Shown here one piece after another: positions 40,301 to 52,134 of a stretch of DNA of 64,000 nt. The notes under the pieces were generated by a model that had not been told where the DNA came from, searched no databases, and saw only the letters and a list, made by a program, of their open reading frames with translations. A program made the position numbers and the translations under genes. Every line of letters begins with the position of its first letter. The stretch's first letter is position 1. Origin of the DNA: Chrysomallon squamiferum (taxonomy: Eukaryota; Animalia; Mollusca); assembly GCA_012295275.1 (NCBI GenBank), contig CM022671.1, forward strand, positions 36,704,001-36,768,000, in the 5' to 3' direction.

Positions 40301-43300
40301 TCTATCTGCCCTTCTACATGTCCCATGACAATTGAAGCATCTTGCTGCCTGCTGCCTCTGCTCAGCAGTGAAACAGCAACACACTCTGTGTTCTGTTCTG
40401 TGTTTTTCTGAGTAAAGTCTTTGTTTTGCTGTTTAGTGTGTTCAGTAACATCTGTGTCATGCTGTATGGTCTGTTTTGTGTTGTGTTGTGTGTTGTGTTG
40501 AGTAAATATGTTGTTCTGTGAAGAATATAAAATATCAACATTTGATAGATTGATGGTTTTCTCAGATGACTGTTGAAAGATGGAGCTGACTTTGCTCTCA
40601 CATTCCAAGTTCACTATAAAATAAAATAAAATAAAATAATAAAAACATTATTAAATACCAGTATTCACATTTATTTTTTCTGATATCAGATTTGTTTCAT
40701 TCATCGCACAACAGCTTTTTCACTCAGTATTGCAGATCACACTCAACTGTAATATTGGTATTGTGTAAATTGTTAACAATGACATCTGAATTGTTTTCTA
40801 ATTATTACTTCTAGAGTTTCTTTTAATAAAATTTTAGATTTACCATCTTCTGTGAAACTGTTTTGTGAGCATCCACATGACTGTACATCAGATGAGTCTG
40901 TCATACGAAAACTGTTCATTCTTACTGGTTCTACATCATTGTCATTTTCCAAACTTGATGAAGTGACACAGCTACCAACACTCATTTGACACCTTTGTTG
41001 TTCTTCAGATGATATGGATAAATTATCCATGTCATCATCAGAATTTTCTGAAATATCCAATCACATTACTGCTACTACTACTACTAATATTTAACATGGC
41101 AGCTATTCAACTCTATGTTATTAACAACATTGAACAATAAGTTTATTAACCACCACCAAGGAAATTTTGAATGTTCAAAAAAACTGTATTACATCAGATT
41201 ACTATTACAGATGAACCTCCTATTGTTTGAAACAAAATACAGGTTGACATTCAAAAATCTGGCCATCAAAAATTCAGTTCCTTCCAATTTCAGTCGTGGA
41301 TTTCAGAGCACATTTTTAAATTTACCATGTTGTTGTGCCACTGTTTTCTGAAGGCACTGTTTATGTTTTGATGGCGCTGTACTCCAGAATCAGCTGTTGG
41401 GTCTAGTTTGCACCTGCTATCAGGCATTCCTGCTCATTCATTTTCATTTTATCATTTATTTGCTGCTGTATACAGGTAGTAATATACAGCATATATAACC
41501 ATAAAAAATCTGGCATTCTTGAAAATCCGGCAGTACTCAGGTCCAGAGGTTGCTGGATTTTTGAATGTCAACCTGTAAGTTTACAGCAATGTTTTCCATA
41601 AAATGAAAAACCAAAAATTAGTGAAGTTTTGGTATTTGGATGGTATATATTAATACTATATTTTTTAACAGGACTATATGATAATATATTAATATTTACT
41701 GTCTCTGTATTATAATATATAATGTTTATTGATCAGCACTATTTCTTAACACTAAACTACAATACTTGCTATTGCTGAATACTTTTTATAATGTAGTACA
41801 AGATCAATGATGATCAGAGTAATAGAAAATAATTATTTTTTCATGCACAAAACTATCAACAAATTATGTTACTGTAACAACAAGATCACAGTTGCTGAAA
41901 TGAAAATTCATCTTGTAAAACTTGACACTAAAATGTCTGGGTGGAGGATCCTCACTGCCTGATGTGTGTGAAAATGACTTAAATACAAGTTATTTCCCCT
42001 AGGCTTTATGGAAATGAAGATGGATACATCTGTGTGAAAACTGTTTTAATCACTGTTTAACAGAAACACATATATTTACCAATAACTTGCTCTGCTGTGG
42101 CCAGAAGACAGAAACAGTTGTTAATACATTTGTCCAAACACTGCATCACATCTAAGTAAGTTTCCATGGAAACATCGTTACTTGTAGAACTAATCTTTTG
42201 TTTAGCGTACAACTGAACCTGAAAAATAAACCACATTTTCTGGAAACAAATGAAAAGAACATTGACTGTTAACACTTTCATTTTAATTAGCTTTTATTTT
42301 TCTCTAGTCACTAAGACTGTTGTAAAACTGAGAATCCAATACAAAACAAGATATACAAGATTTGGTAAATTCAAAACTTTTATAGATACTGTGAAATATA
42401 AATGCAAAACAAACATGTTTGTACATCAGATTCATATTGTGAAAAGTAAATGTAAAAAAATATGTTCATACATCAGATACATATTGATGAATGAGAGAGA
42501 CTAGTTCAGATTTCTGGTTGTCAAGGTTTTTCATTTTTTCTTCTATTTTGTATCGTAGCTGAAATTTTTGTCGATGTCTTGATGATTTCATGGCTGAAGA
42601 ATAAAAATAGTTAACTTTGTTTAGCTCAGTTGGTATTTCAAGAATACAGTAAAATGACTAATGATAATATGGCTGAAAAACAAACACAAAATATGTTTAC
42701 AATAAAAATAGATCACAATATTCATTTCAGATTAATCAGTAATGATAAAAAAGTAATTTCTTCATGTTAGTGTCCAACTTTATCTTAAATTACCGACTTG
42801 TTAATTTGATGAACATTTTTTTTTCAGAAACAAATGTTCAAGTATTATGATTACAGAAAAATATTTGAGGAAACAAAACTGTGGTTTGATTTCAAGTTCA
42901 GCTTAATGGACCAATATACAATTTAAAATTAATTCACACTCCACTTTATATTACTGCATCAAAGATTTCCACCCAATTCATGTATTTTCAGAACTAAAAT
43001 ATTCCACCCACCTCACCCACAATCTAATGCAGAGAACATTTAGGTTTCTGTGTAATTTTTTGTTCTGTGTTCACTAGACCTGACACGCTCAATCATGGGA
43101 GCTAAGCAAGTTTAGATTATCTATTGTAACAAGTCATACTCTGAGAAATAGGCAAGGAAAAGCATCAGTTTAGTAAGCAAAAGACACCAGCCAATCAGAT
43201 TTCAGATATCTAGCTGCATAATGTTGTTTTCCTACAAAAAATTGTTTTATATATCATTATACTGTAATACTGTTATATATCATCAGGAGATATGGCTTAA

Positions 43301-44006
43301 TCAAAAATATATTAATGATTGTACTAAAATTGGTCTGACATGTTTTAAGCATACAGCTATGTTTTTTTTTAATTGTGAATATTCTCAGAAATAACCTTAA
43401 GTAAACTGTAATTCCAATTTTGCCGAACTTGAAAATGTTAATAATTACTGTTGATTTACTGTTATTTGCTGAATATAAGGTATATAAAATGAACATTCAA
43501 ATAGTATAGTTTTAAAGGTACTCTTTTTGACACATTTTGTGGGATTTAAACATAAATAAAGTAATAAGCCATCTAATATAGGTTATGGCTCATTTCAGGG
43601 CTCACATGCGGTCTGACACATATAAGCACATTTTTTTCTTTAAATTTCTTATTGTGTGGTTATGGTGCAATTTCCTAGGCCTTAATAATAAAAAAAAAGT
43701 TCAATGGTATCTCCCTATTTTTATTTTCAAGGAAATAACCCATATACACTTTTTATTTCAAGAAAGTCTGCATCTGTGAGACCCAGTCTAAATTGTATAT
43801 TTACTTGCTTTGCTGAAGCCATAAAAATATAAAATAAATAAATAAAAAATAGAAATAAAGGCAGAAAACTACTTGTACATGAAAAGGGAAACTGATCGAT
43901 TTGTCAAGTGAAAATGGTTTACAGAGTTTATCAGCAATAGCAGATATCAAAACAAAACCTCTGCTGCATGAGGTAGTCCTTATTACTAACCTTTCTTAGA
44001 TAACAT
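21201..44006 (-). CDS. Multi-Tudor plus CCCH zinc-finger protein (Krimper-like/TDRD family, probable piRNA-pathway factor, ~1498 aa)
   Basis: Exons (5'->3'): 44006-43991, 42593-42472, 42218-42080, 41047-40844, 40613-39806, 39464-39340, 38695-38556, 38293-36456, 36262-36138, 35454-35332, 25931-25833, 25367-25191, 24982-24925, 24144-24000, 22464-22310, 22011-21955, 21366-21201; GT-AG, phases consistent, total 4497 nt. Tudor 1 CLAPF..MFYRARV..IFYVDFGN..LPAQA; Tudor 2 CCAEFSEDGCYYRTQI..VLYVDFGD..IPPLA; CCCH finger CRFFNTPLKCWRGKNCQYRH; Tudor 3 VAARC..LWCRAKV..VFFADFGN..LPQQA. The start codon choice is less certain. Confidence 0.9.
21430..21953. repeat. ~30-bp minisatellite, intronic
   Basis: Unit acacaacactgtataaaacacacttgttact with variants. 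Confidence 0.85.
22985..23375. repeat. 14-bp minisatellite within a larger degenerate tract (~22500-23990)
   Basis: Unit tattagtatctatg / tattagtgtctttg. Confidence 0.9.
25500..25790. repeat. 57-bp tandem repeat (~5 copies), intronic
   Basis: tgtaacatgtatgtttttatgttatgtagtacactgtaacaagtttaacagtgtttg repeated. Confidence 0.85.
28121..29359 (-). CDS. Single-ORF rhodopsin-family (class A) orphan GPCR nested in an intron of the Tudor gene
   Basis: 412-aa ORF with N-terminal N-glycosylation sites and seven hydrophobic segments: TM1 (..TANLIIL), TM2 (NLCVSD), TM3 ending DCY, TM4 (W..S..GFLP.VGW), TM5, TM6 (CYIP) and TM7 (KSFISAVVHGYR). The true start may be the Met at 29338 because the first ATG touches a 42-bp repeat. 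Confidence 0.9.
   Translation of the reverse strand: MTCINNKMCDVSTNSSNNTINLQLPEHLIKEEVIIIMTMALMTVTANLIILTASKFTSAGQSPTLMLIRNLCVSDVMTGVYAVFKMLMYMFLDDLLVDFFLPESLFVTASLAYVLSLLCLNCDCYIRLSQPLRCIQHFDKKNMITVMVMLWNISFIIGFLPQVGWQERSYVERFFLYYSWNYLLFIVIFHLVVMALNCVTLVFVKRHITLIISKSHFVPNSNFHNYHRLVVTSFIDVCLLAVCYIPLFVYFAFYCSVCVLAGDVAGDVNIVYFIPVFLVKSFISAVVHGYRTVQINEVMKSLKRRVSHIVQKSRHRPVSRVCCSESSNTEIFKTNIHSFSHCDVHGSRLSTETCNTSVQSLAVSERANCSERLSCEMFEISLQAVTDNTVTNTGEQSQSISHSQLTFELTKM
29355..29485. repeat. 42-bp tandem repeat x3 abutting the GPCR start
   Basis: catgttttacattccaaacagtgtatttattcacaaatacat repeated three times. Confidence 0.85.
32845..33970. repeat. 26-28-bp minisatellite (~40 copies), intronic
   Basis: Unit gatgatactagctaacac(ac)aaaacagt. 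Confidence 0.95.
37283..37580 (-). repeat. In-frame 39-bp coding minisatellite (13-aa repeat) in the large Tudor exon
   Basis: tttatcatcctggtttatgtttgtacaacttg(t/a)ata repeated ~7-8 times, translating as DDKY(T/S)SCTNINQ. Confidence 0.9.
41240..41575. mobile_element. Non-autonomous Tc1/mariner-superfamily (pogo/Tigger-like) MITE
   Basis: Terminal inverted repeats CAGGTTGACATTCAAAAATC and GATTTTTGAATGTCAACCTG, flanked by TA on both sides (41238-39, 41576-77). Subterminal aaaatc(t/c)ggca repeats are also present. Confidence 0.85.
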
Positions 44007-44449
44007 CAACCAACATATCAAACTGTATGTCACTGTAGAAATTGTTCTTTGAATAAAACTTTTAATTGTGTAGACTTTTATATTTTTTTTATAACAATGC
44101 TTAAACAGAACATAAAATAATAATAATAACAATAATAATAATAATGAAAACAAATAAATAAATGCTTAATAAGTGTTTCATTGCAGTATTGATTTAAAGT
44201 TGTTGGTACTAGCATTGTTGTTGAAGCAAAAAACGATTCAAAAACTGAATTTTGGACACTATAATTCGTGATCGCCATTTATAAAATACATATAAGTATG
44301 CGCAGAATTTTAGCATTTGACAGGAATCGTAAACAATGTAAAGCAGTTGTCACTGAGTCGACATAGTCACATACTCAGATACTGTCAGTTGAATTATCTG
44401 CTGAACATAGAAATAATTTGCAGCGAATATAAATATAACTTCAGCATTA

Positions 44450-44640
44450 TATTTTACCTAACTACAGAAATGTTATAATCAGGATAATATATAAACAATT
44501 ATTTCAGTTTTGCAGGCTGATAAATGGTATGAATGCAGTTCCCAAGCACCCACGTGCATATAAATCAGCAGAAGAAACCTAAATCCGGAAGTGAACGCCA
44601 TGTATTCAATCCATCTACTGATTGGTCAATCGAATAAAAA
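44450..44640 (-). promoter_or_regulatory. Probable promoter and first non-coding exon of the Tudor gene
   Basis: ETS-type CCGGAAGTG at ~44584, a CCAAT box (attgg) at ~44621, a minus-strand donor (tag|gtaaaat) near 44457, and the start of a CpG-retaining region. Confidence 0.45.
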
Positions 44641-45316
44641 GATAATAATGATAATAAAAATGAAATAAAATAAAATAAAATAAAAAACCGCATATTTAAT
44701 ATAGACAGTTAGAATCAGTATCATTTGATATAGCTTTTGTAGCGCAGTGTTTATCTTCTAACATTTCTGTCTTTTACAGGTTTATTATATGATTATAACC
44801 CCCCACAAAAAAACCCACCAAAATTACGATTTTATGTAAAAAGATAATGTAAATGTAAATAATGTCATTTTATATGATTAATGTTTAATTTCAGAGTGTT
44901 TTATTTATAATATTATTCTGAAGATTTTATGTAATATGCGAAACACTTTATGCTCAAATTGTAAAGAATGTACTGGTCAGCCCGGAAATAAACGGAACAT
45001 AACGAAGTTTAATGAAGGAACTAAATTCATAATACACGTTCCCTTTTTCATATACCGCTTAAAAAGGTTTTGCTGTTAAACGTAAGCAACAGGTAGAGAC
45101 GAATATCAATCTGAATTATTTTCTTAATGTAGAATTATGGAACTTTGTCATAAAATGGACTGGTGGATGCATGTAACGAAGGGTAAAGAGGAGGATTAAA
45201 AATTAGAAACCACTGAGAACATGATCAAATTTGTTCAAGAATACGGACTGATGCCTTTTACCTTCGAGTGACCGACAACTGGGTGCGATCTCAAGAAATT
45301 TTATGAAATTAGAAAG

Positions 45317-45371
<55 letters not shown>

Positions 45372-47830
45372 AACGAATCGATATTTAATTAATGCGTAAA
45401 CAACTTGTTTTCATTCTGTGTTACTGCAGATACTAACTGGTATGAGAGAAAGGTAACACCAGTGTTTGGAAACAAGAAAATTTGTATTTTCAAGAAAACT
45501 TTGGGTTTGTTTTTATCAGTAATCTTTGAATTTTCAAGACGCGGCTTAGTCAAGCTGCGTTGTTCTTTGTAGTAAACAAGTGATCAATTAATTTTCGACA
45601 TATTATATAAAGACAACGTTCTTAATGTTTAAGAGAGGAGAACACAACTTAAAACTTTTTCTTTCTTTGGTCTCGACTCGCATATACTTCTTCGATAAAC
45701 GGAAAATCGTAGAACGGAGCATCGTCAAGCGGAAAATGGTTATAACTTATAGGGTAACGAGAAGTCGTTCGTCATTCTTTTGTGGATGTCTGATGAAACG
45801 TCCGTTCGTACGGAAAGATGTGAGTCAACGATAAACATTCTGAGATCTGTGATAACTAACTTTGAAATATATTGACAGTATGAAATAATTCATGATAAAC
45901 CAGCTTGGAATATCTTTCAGCGGATTGAACCTTTAAGATTTGATTAGTCTTTGAATTCTGAACAGACTTAGTTTTTCTTTAACTTTCAGTTTATAAAATA
46001 AAGATATTAAATCTTGTTTTTTGGGTTTTTTTTAAATTTATGAAAACTGTTTAATGGATTGGAACTTAAGTTAAAGTTATACCGCGTTAACAACGCCTGA
46101 AATCTGAATAATTTATTATTTTGTGATGGGATGAAGTCTGTTGATAAACAAGTTTTGATGTAATTGAAAAGACAGCCCCTTTACAATATAATAAATAAAT
46201 GAAAGAAAGAAAAATATTAGAATTTAAAAGTAGTGATAGAAAATGTAAAAGTAAAAAGAATGAAGTTTAGCTGCTGCTTGGTTCATGGTTTGCTACAGCT
46301 AGTACACGGTGCAAATTAGAAGAACAAGTAAAGATCCGGTTTATTTAATAAAAAAATAAAATAAAATAAAATAAAACCTGGGTTTTTAATAGCTAAAACA
46401 GGATCTGCTTAGAAAGAAATGAACACTGATTGTTATACTTATTACCAAGATGTAATTTACGACGTTACATAAAAATAATAATAATAATAAATGAAAAAGG
46501 TGACAGAGAAATTTATATATTATATTACATTACATTGTGTTTTTATTTATATTTTAGAACCAGAATTAGGATTTCCCAAACGTCTTATTTATTTATTTAT
46601 AATTTATTATTTTTAACTGGAATGTTTTAACATTCAGTAAATATAAAACATTTTCGGACTCCTGTAAGTATATGCTGATATACTAGAAGTCGTCATAGTG
46701 TAGGTGCATGATGAAAGGTCAAAACTTACTCTGAAAGATTAGATTTTTTGATAATTATTTTATTTTCTGAAAAGGTGAATTTTTGTAAATTACCTATGAA
46801 ACAAATAATAAAAATGGTGGAATTATATTCCAAATATAATAGAACAATTATTCTCACGCATAAAACATCATGCCAACACTTCAGTATCAGAAGACCGCTA
46901 TCAGATTTTATCATTTATCGTACGTTTCCGTTTTCAGCAATACTGGCTAGTTAATGACTTGCCAGTCTGTTTGTGGATGAATTGTGAATGCATACACTGG
47001 ACAGTGTTCAACAACTAACAGGAATGTTGATCCGCAGACGTTCCAACCACGACGGAGGACTCGGATGTTACGTATCGCATGATAAGCGACGAAGTGCACC
47101 TGTATCTCACAAAGTTCATCTGGTGCATAAGCCTGAAACCGACTGACCGTCGCGTACCTTTAAAATACTTAGTTAAAATTCACAATAAAGTCACCGACTA
47201 ATATCACGAAATTCACAAATTTTTTTTTTCCTGATTGTTTTTTTTTTTTTTTTTTTTTTTCTTTTCTTTTCTTTAGGTTAACCGAAAGGTCATCAGTACG
47301 TCCTGCCAATTCAACAACACAAGTACAACATCTGTGCAGATTTTCCAACAGATATAGCCAGAGTTATTGATTGTTGTAAAGAAAAATAATTATAATACGT
47401 CTGAGTTGCTGTATTTTTCATAATTAAAGTAATGTGTCTCCATTTGTGTAACTTATTCTATGCTAGAAAAAATAATTAATGTTATCAATAAACATAATTT
47501 AGACATTTCATTTTAAAAAGTTTTAGGACACCTTATAAGTTATATATTACTATCACCTATTTTTGGTGAATTTCTCGCAACTCATGTACAGATCAATACG
47601 ATAAAGATTTTTGATTGTAAGTATTGTTAGTTGCTGCTATCTTTCACCAAATGTCACACTGAAAAACGTCTATCAGTTTTGATCAGTTTAATTATTGAGT
47701 CACATACTGAACCAGTCAAAAATAACGTCCGTTTATTCACGGAATAAAGGTGAGTTCATTTTGATTTTTTCCTTCAGTGTGTGATATTGATGTGAATTTG
47801 CTTTAAAAAATAACAATTAAATTTCATTAA

Positions 47831-47875
<45 letters not shown>

Positions 47876-48478
47876 CAAATAAATAATCAAATACACACTT
47901 CAACTCTAGCTGTCACATTTAAAAAGCAATAAACTCATTTTGTGTCATCATGATTCAGTATTATTGTAAAGCTTTTATTTTGAAGTTTGTAAATAAAGTT
48001 TCAAAATGGCAAAATGTCACCTCCTCAAGTCCCTTTTAAGGAATAAACGTATAAATAGTCTCGTATTTCTAAATCTCATTTGGTTAAGGAGAGGCTCGTC
48101 TGATCAAGACTAATTTGTCGACTGGCTGAACCAGACCAGACACTAGGAACTTACCCAACAGAATGTTTGGTTTATTCCGATAAGTACATTTTCAAGAACA
48201 GACACTCCAATGAGTAAGAATTTAACTATTTCTTAATTATTGTGCCAGTTCTGCTTCGTACTTACTAAATATTAATATGGGACAATCACTGTGACAATAA
48301 CCGAAAAGGAATTACAAACATACATTGACTGAATGAACCCATAAACTGATAAAGATGATAAACAATTTTTAATCTTTCGTAATTTTCAAGGTATTCTTCC
48401 TCAGTTCCTGTATTCAAATAAGGTTTAATTGGAAATTTGCTTTGAATGATTATTTTTCTGATGCTACAACAAACATTT

Positions 48479-50970
48479 GGGTTATTCCATGACAACTCAA
48501 CCAGAGCTCCCAGATTGATGATTTGATCGTCTCCGATTTTGATAAAACTCCAATTACTTGTGCATCCTTATAAAATTAATATAAATGACGGAAACGTGCA
48601 AATTTAGGGTCCGAATTCTTATTACTTTTTAAATTATGGTTGATCAAATGTCGGAGCCGTTGTCCCATTTTTGGTACACGCGATTATGTCTAGATGTTTC
48701 AAGCTATTTGTGAAAGCTAATAATTCTATTATAAAGATATTGAGCTGAAATGTGCAATGTTAGATATTATTACATACTTGTAGAATTAAAAAATGATCAC
48801 ATTTTGTATATATCCATGATAGATTTTGACAAGGAGACATCAATATTTTTTTTTTTTTTTTCTTTTGAAATCTATATTTTTCTTATTTTGGAGGCCTATT
48901 ACTTTATGATTATTTGTAATAGATACAAACTCTTGATTGATTTATAATATGTACCTATGAACGTTTCTTTGTATGAAAGATTATCTGAATTCAAAAAAAA
49001 AAAATATATATATATATTAAAAAGTAGTTAGGGTAAGAAATTGGGAGAAGTAACAAAATATGAAAAATATGCATGCATATTTGGATGGGTGAATGAAAAA
49101 AAAGTCACGGTTTAGTATAGGAAGAAAGTCACAAAATGTATAGGCTTGTAGGTAATTGAATGTGGCATCATAGTATGCAGTTGATCATTCTTAAGCTTAT
49201 TGATTAGGCTAGATTAAAGAAAGGGGCTTCATATTGAGTCTAGCTTGGGTTTAGCTTACTGATTAGGATAGATTTAAACTAAAGGCTTCCTAGTGTAAAT
49301 GATTTATAAAATGTGTTTCACTATATATTCTCCAGCTTGCTCTAGCACCAGAAGTATGTTTAATATGGAAGTTATTCATAGCAGTAAGTGTGGTAACAAA
49401 ATCTGTTATGAGGGGTTCATGTATACCAAACATGCAACCAACAAAACAAAGTTGTGGTGGAAATGCTTAAACAAATCTAGTTATAATTATCGAGGTTCAG
49501 TGATAACAGTCTTACAGAGAGTCTTGAGGACCGCAATTTGCGACTGTGGTAGATTTTCTTTGTGGTATTGGGTGGAACATCTGCCTAAACCACCAACATT
49601 AAAATCAAAGAACATGTGTTTCACCTATCTTTCATTTCTAATATATTTCTTAATTTTAATACAAATTTGTGACTTTTATTCCAGTGATGTTTTTCCTAGA
49701 ATCATCTGATGATCTGAAAGTGTGGGCAATTACCTAGCACCATGATCTTTTAATATTATAAATTAATATCTATTTGCTATAGGTGTAAAAATTTTGGTCT
49801 TTGCAGTTCAGCTCCTTGATTGGTAAATAAATCCTTACTTAAATGTTCAAGAACAAAGCATGCATTATTTATCAGTGCAAAAAAACCTGCAGTTGCAGCC
49901 CACACAGATTTTTTTTTACTTCTGACCATAAGTATTGTTTTTAAACTGAATGTCATCCAGGGTATAAGTCTGTTTTAATGGTACAGTAGTTTTTAAAATT
50001 TTCAATAATGTTTGTTAAACCAGAATCATTCACCATGGACCAAATAATTCTGACCAAAAATATTATTGGTAGCAAAATTGTACTTGCAGAATGCAGAAAA
50101 TTGCATTTCTGGACATCTATCCTGGTCAAAGCTGTTACAAAGAATTGTTTGGTTAACTGCCAGATATAATATCATTATATGTATGGGGGGAAAAATCAGT
50201 CTGCTATATAATATCATAAAAAGATAATTACATTTAAGGAAATACTGCATTTATAATAAGCTGTTGAGGACAATTAAATGGAAGTTTCAGTAAGTAAAAG
50301 AATTAATTAATACAGAGAAACCCTTGAGAACCAAACACTCTGTAAATTGGAAATCCTTAGTAACCAAACTTTTTTTAAATATGAGTTTTGAATATAACCT
50401 CTGTAAACTTAGAACTCACAGCTGTCTGAAGCTCTTTAACTTATTAGCATAGGATAATTTAACTTGCTGACAAATGCAGGTTTTGATGGGTGTACAGTCC
50501 AGTGCCTGAGCCTTGTTGTTAAAAGAATCAGCAACTATTTCCATTTGTTAATTCTTTTCATCATAATTAACAATCTCATCAGGTTTTCTTTCATCTTCTG
50601 GGCAAAATAGTATGTAGTACAGAAAATGGCCAATGCATGTTTCTTCTTTGTGAGTCTTGTCCTCTAATGAGTCTATTTTTAAATTCTACATGTATGAAAT
50701 ATGAAAGATAGCAAATTTCAGCTCAGTAGCTTTATAATAAATAAAGTTATTAGCTTTCAAAAATGGCCCAAATCATCTGAACAGAGTCGCAAGTTCAAAA
50801 AGTGGGACAATGGCTCCTACATTTGATCAACCATAATTTAAAAACTAATAAGAAATTGGTCCCAAAATTTTGCATGTTTCGATCATTTATATGGATGCAC
50901 AAATAATTGGAATTTTATCAAAATTGGGGATGGTGATCTAGGAAATTTTCTGAAATTTGGTTGTTTGACC
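48479..50970. mobile_element. Decayed DNA transposon with long (~150-190 bp) terminal inverted repeats
   Basis: 48525-48675 (tgatcgtctccgattttgataaaactccaatt...ggttgatcaaatgtcggagccgttgtcccattttt) is the reverse complement of ~50797-50938 (aaaagtgggacaatggctcctacatttgatcaaccata...aattggaattttatcaaaattggggatggtgatc). No transposase ORF is present, and the exact outer ends are uncertain. Confidence 0.75.
49090..49700 (+). pseudogene. FLYWCH zinc-finger fragment, probably a MULE-type transposase remnant nested in the long-TIR element
   Basis: MEVIHSSKCGNKICYEGFMYTKHATNKTKLWWKCLNKSSYNYRGSVIT resembles a FLYWCH domain with its second Cys lost. It is flanked by inverted aaagtcacaaa (~49124) and tttgtgacttt (~49666). 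Confidence 0.65.
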
Positions 50971-50976
50971 TAAAAA

Positions 50977-51034
<58 letters not shown>

Positions 51035-51059
51035 AATAACAATAATGATAAAAGTAACA

Positions 51060-51378
51060 CAGGTCATTTTGAGCATGTCAGGTCAACCATTTTAGTCATT
51101 TTAATAAAGCTAGCAGCAATTGTTCAATTCCTTATTTAAATTAAGGGAGATAAGTAATTTTCTAATTTTCGACTTCAAAATGCACATAACACAAAGTAAT
51201 CAGCAATGAAGCTTGTCACCATCCTGTTACAAGATATTTTAAAGTAAAAATATAAGGTGTGCTTTTTCAAAATTACTTTCTGCTAGTCTCCCTTGAATTA
51301 AATAAACGTAAGTGCTAGCTGTTACTAATGTCAAAAAAGACAAAAACTGGTTAATTTGACATGCCCAAAAATAATCTA
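51060..51378. mobile_element. Degenerate MITE-like inverted repeat
   Basis: ~100-bp imperfect arms: ttttgagcatgtca..caacca..ttatttaaattaagggagata versus tctcccttgaattaaataa..tggtta..tgacatgcccaaaa. Confidence 0.5.
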
Positions 51379-52101
51379 AGATATTTTATATTACATTTTT
51401 ATATATATATATATGTTCTATAATTAAAAAAATGGAAAGAAAGAAAGAAAGACCCACAGACAGACATATAAATTCTGAGAAAAGCTTCATATTTGAATTT
51501 ACCACTGAAATTTGAATATTTGCCATTTATGGTTTACTCATTGCTAGTTAAAAATTAATATTTGCTGAATCTCTTATCATCTTATAATGGCCAGTAAGTT
51601 GTGTCCAAATTATTCCTCACCTGAATGAAAAGACATATCAACAACAATGACAACCTTGTGCACAAAAATAACAGCCAAATCACTGTATAATGCCACCCCA
51701 GTATACTACCATTCCTGTTTATTCCACCAGAAGTTTTTTTGTTAAATTTGTTTATTAATAATTACTGAATAAAAGAGTCAGTAATGCAGATTAAAATAGG
51801 GACACATATGTTTATTCATATCAATCTTGGGATTTAATTATTTGATTAATTTTGTGTAATTTACCACAAGTATTTTCATCCAAGTTGGTGTAAGCACCGA
51901 ATTTCTCAATTTGAAAATTTTAAATAAAAACTCTGTATTATTTTATTTATCAAAAGATTGTATGAGTCTCTTCAAATATTCAGCCCAGTAGTTAGTCCTA
52001 ATACAAGAACATAAATTATGTTTTATGTACTTTTTGATTATACTATTGAGTGCTGTAGTATTGATCACACTGCTGTGCAGACAACTAAATAATAAAATCA
52101 T

Positions 52102-52134
<33 letters not shown>

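Noticed and set aside
41326-41430. Candidate additional Tudor-gene exon (GMPDSRCKLDPT...)
   Set aside because: It lies inside a MITE, has a poor acceptor and ends in phase 0, whereas the flanking exons join directly in phase 1.
45625-47200. Short ORFs and CpG-rich stretches as a hidden small gene
   Set aside because: No coherent exon chain or protein motif; better explained as unmethylated promoter/intergenic DNA, although a lncRNA cannot be excluded.
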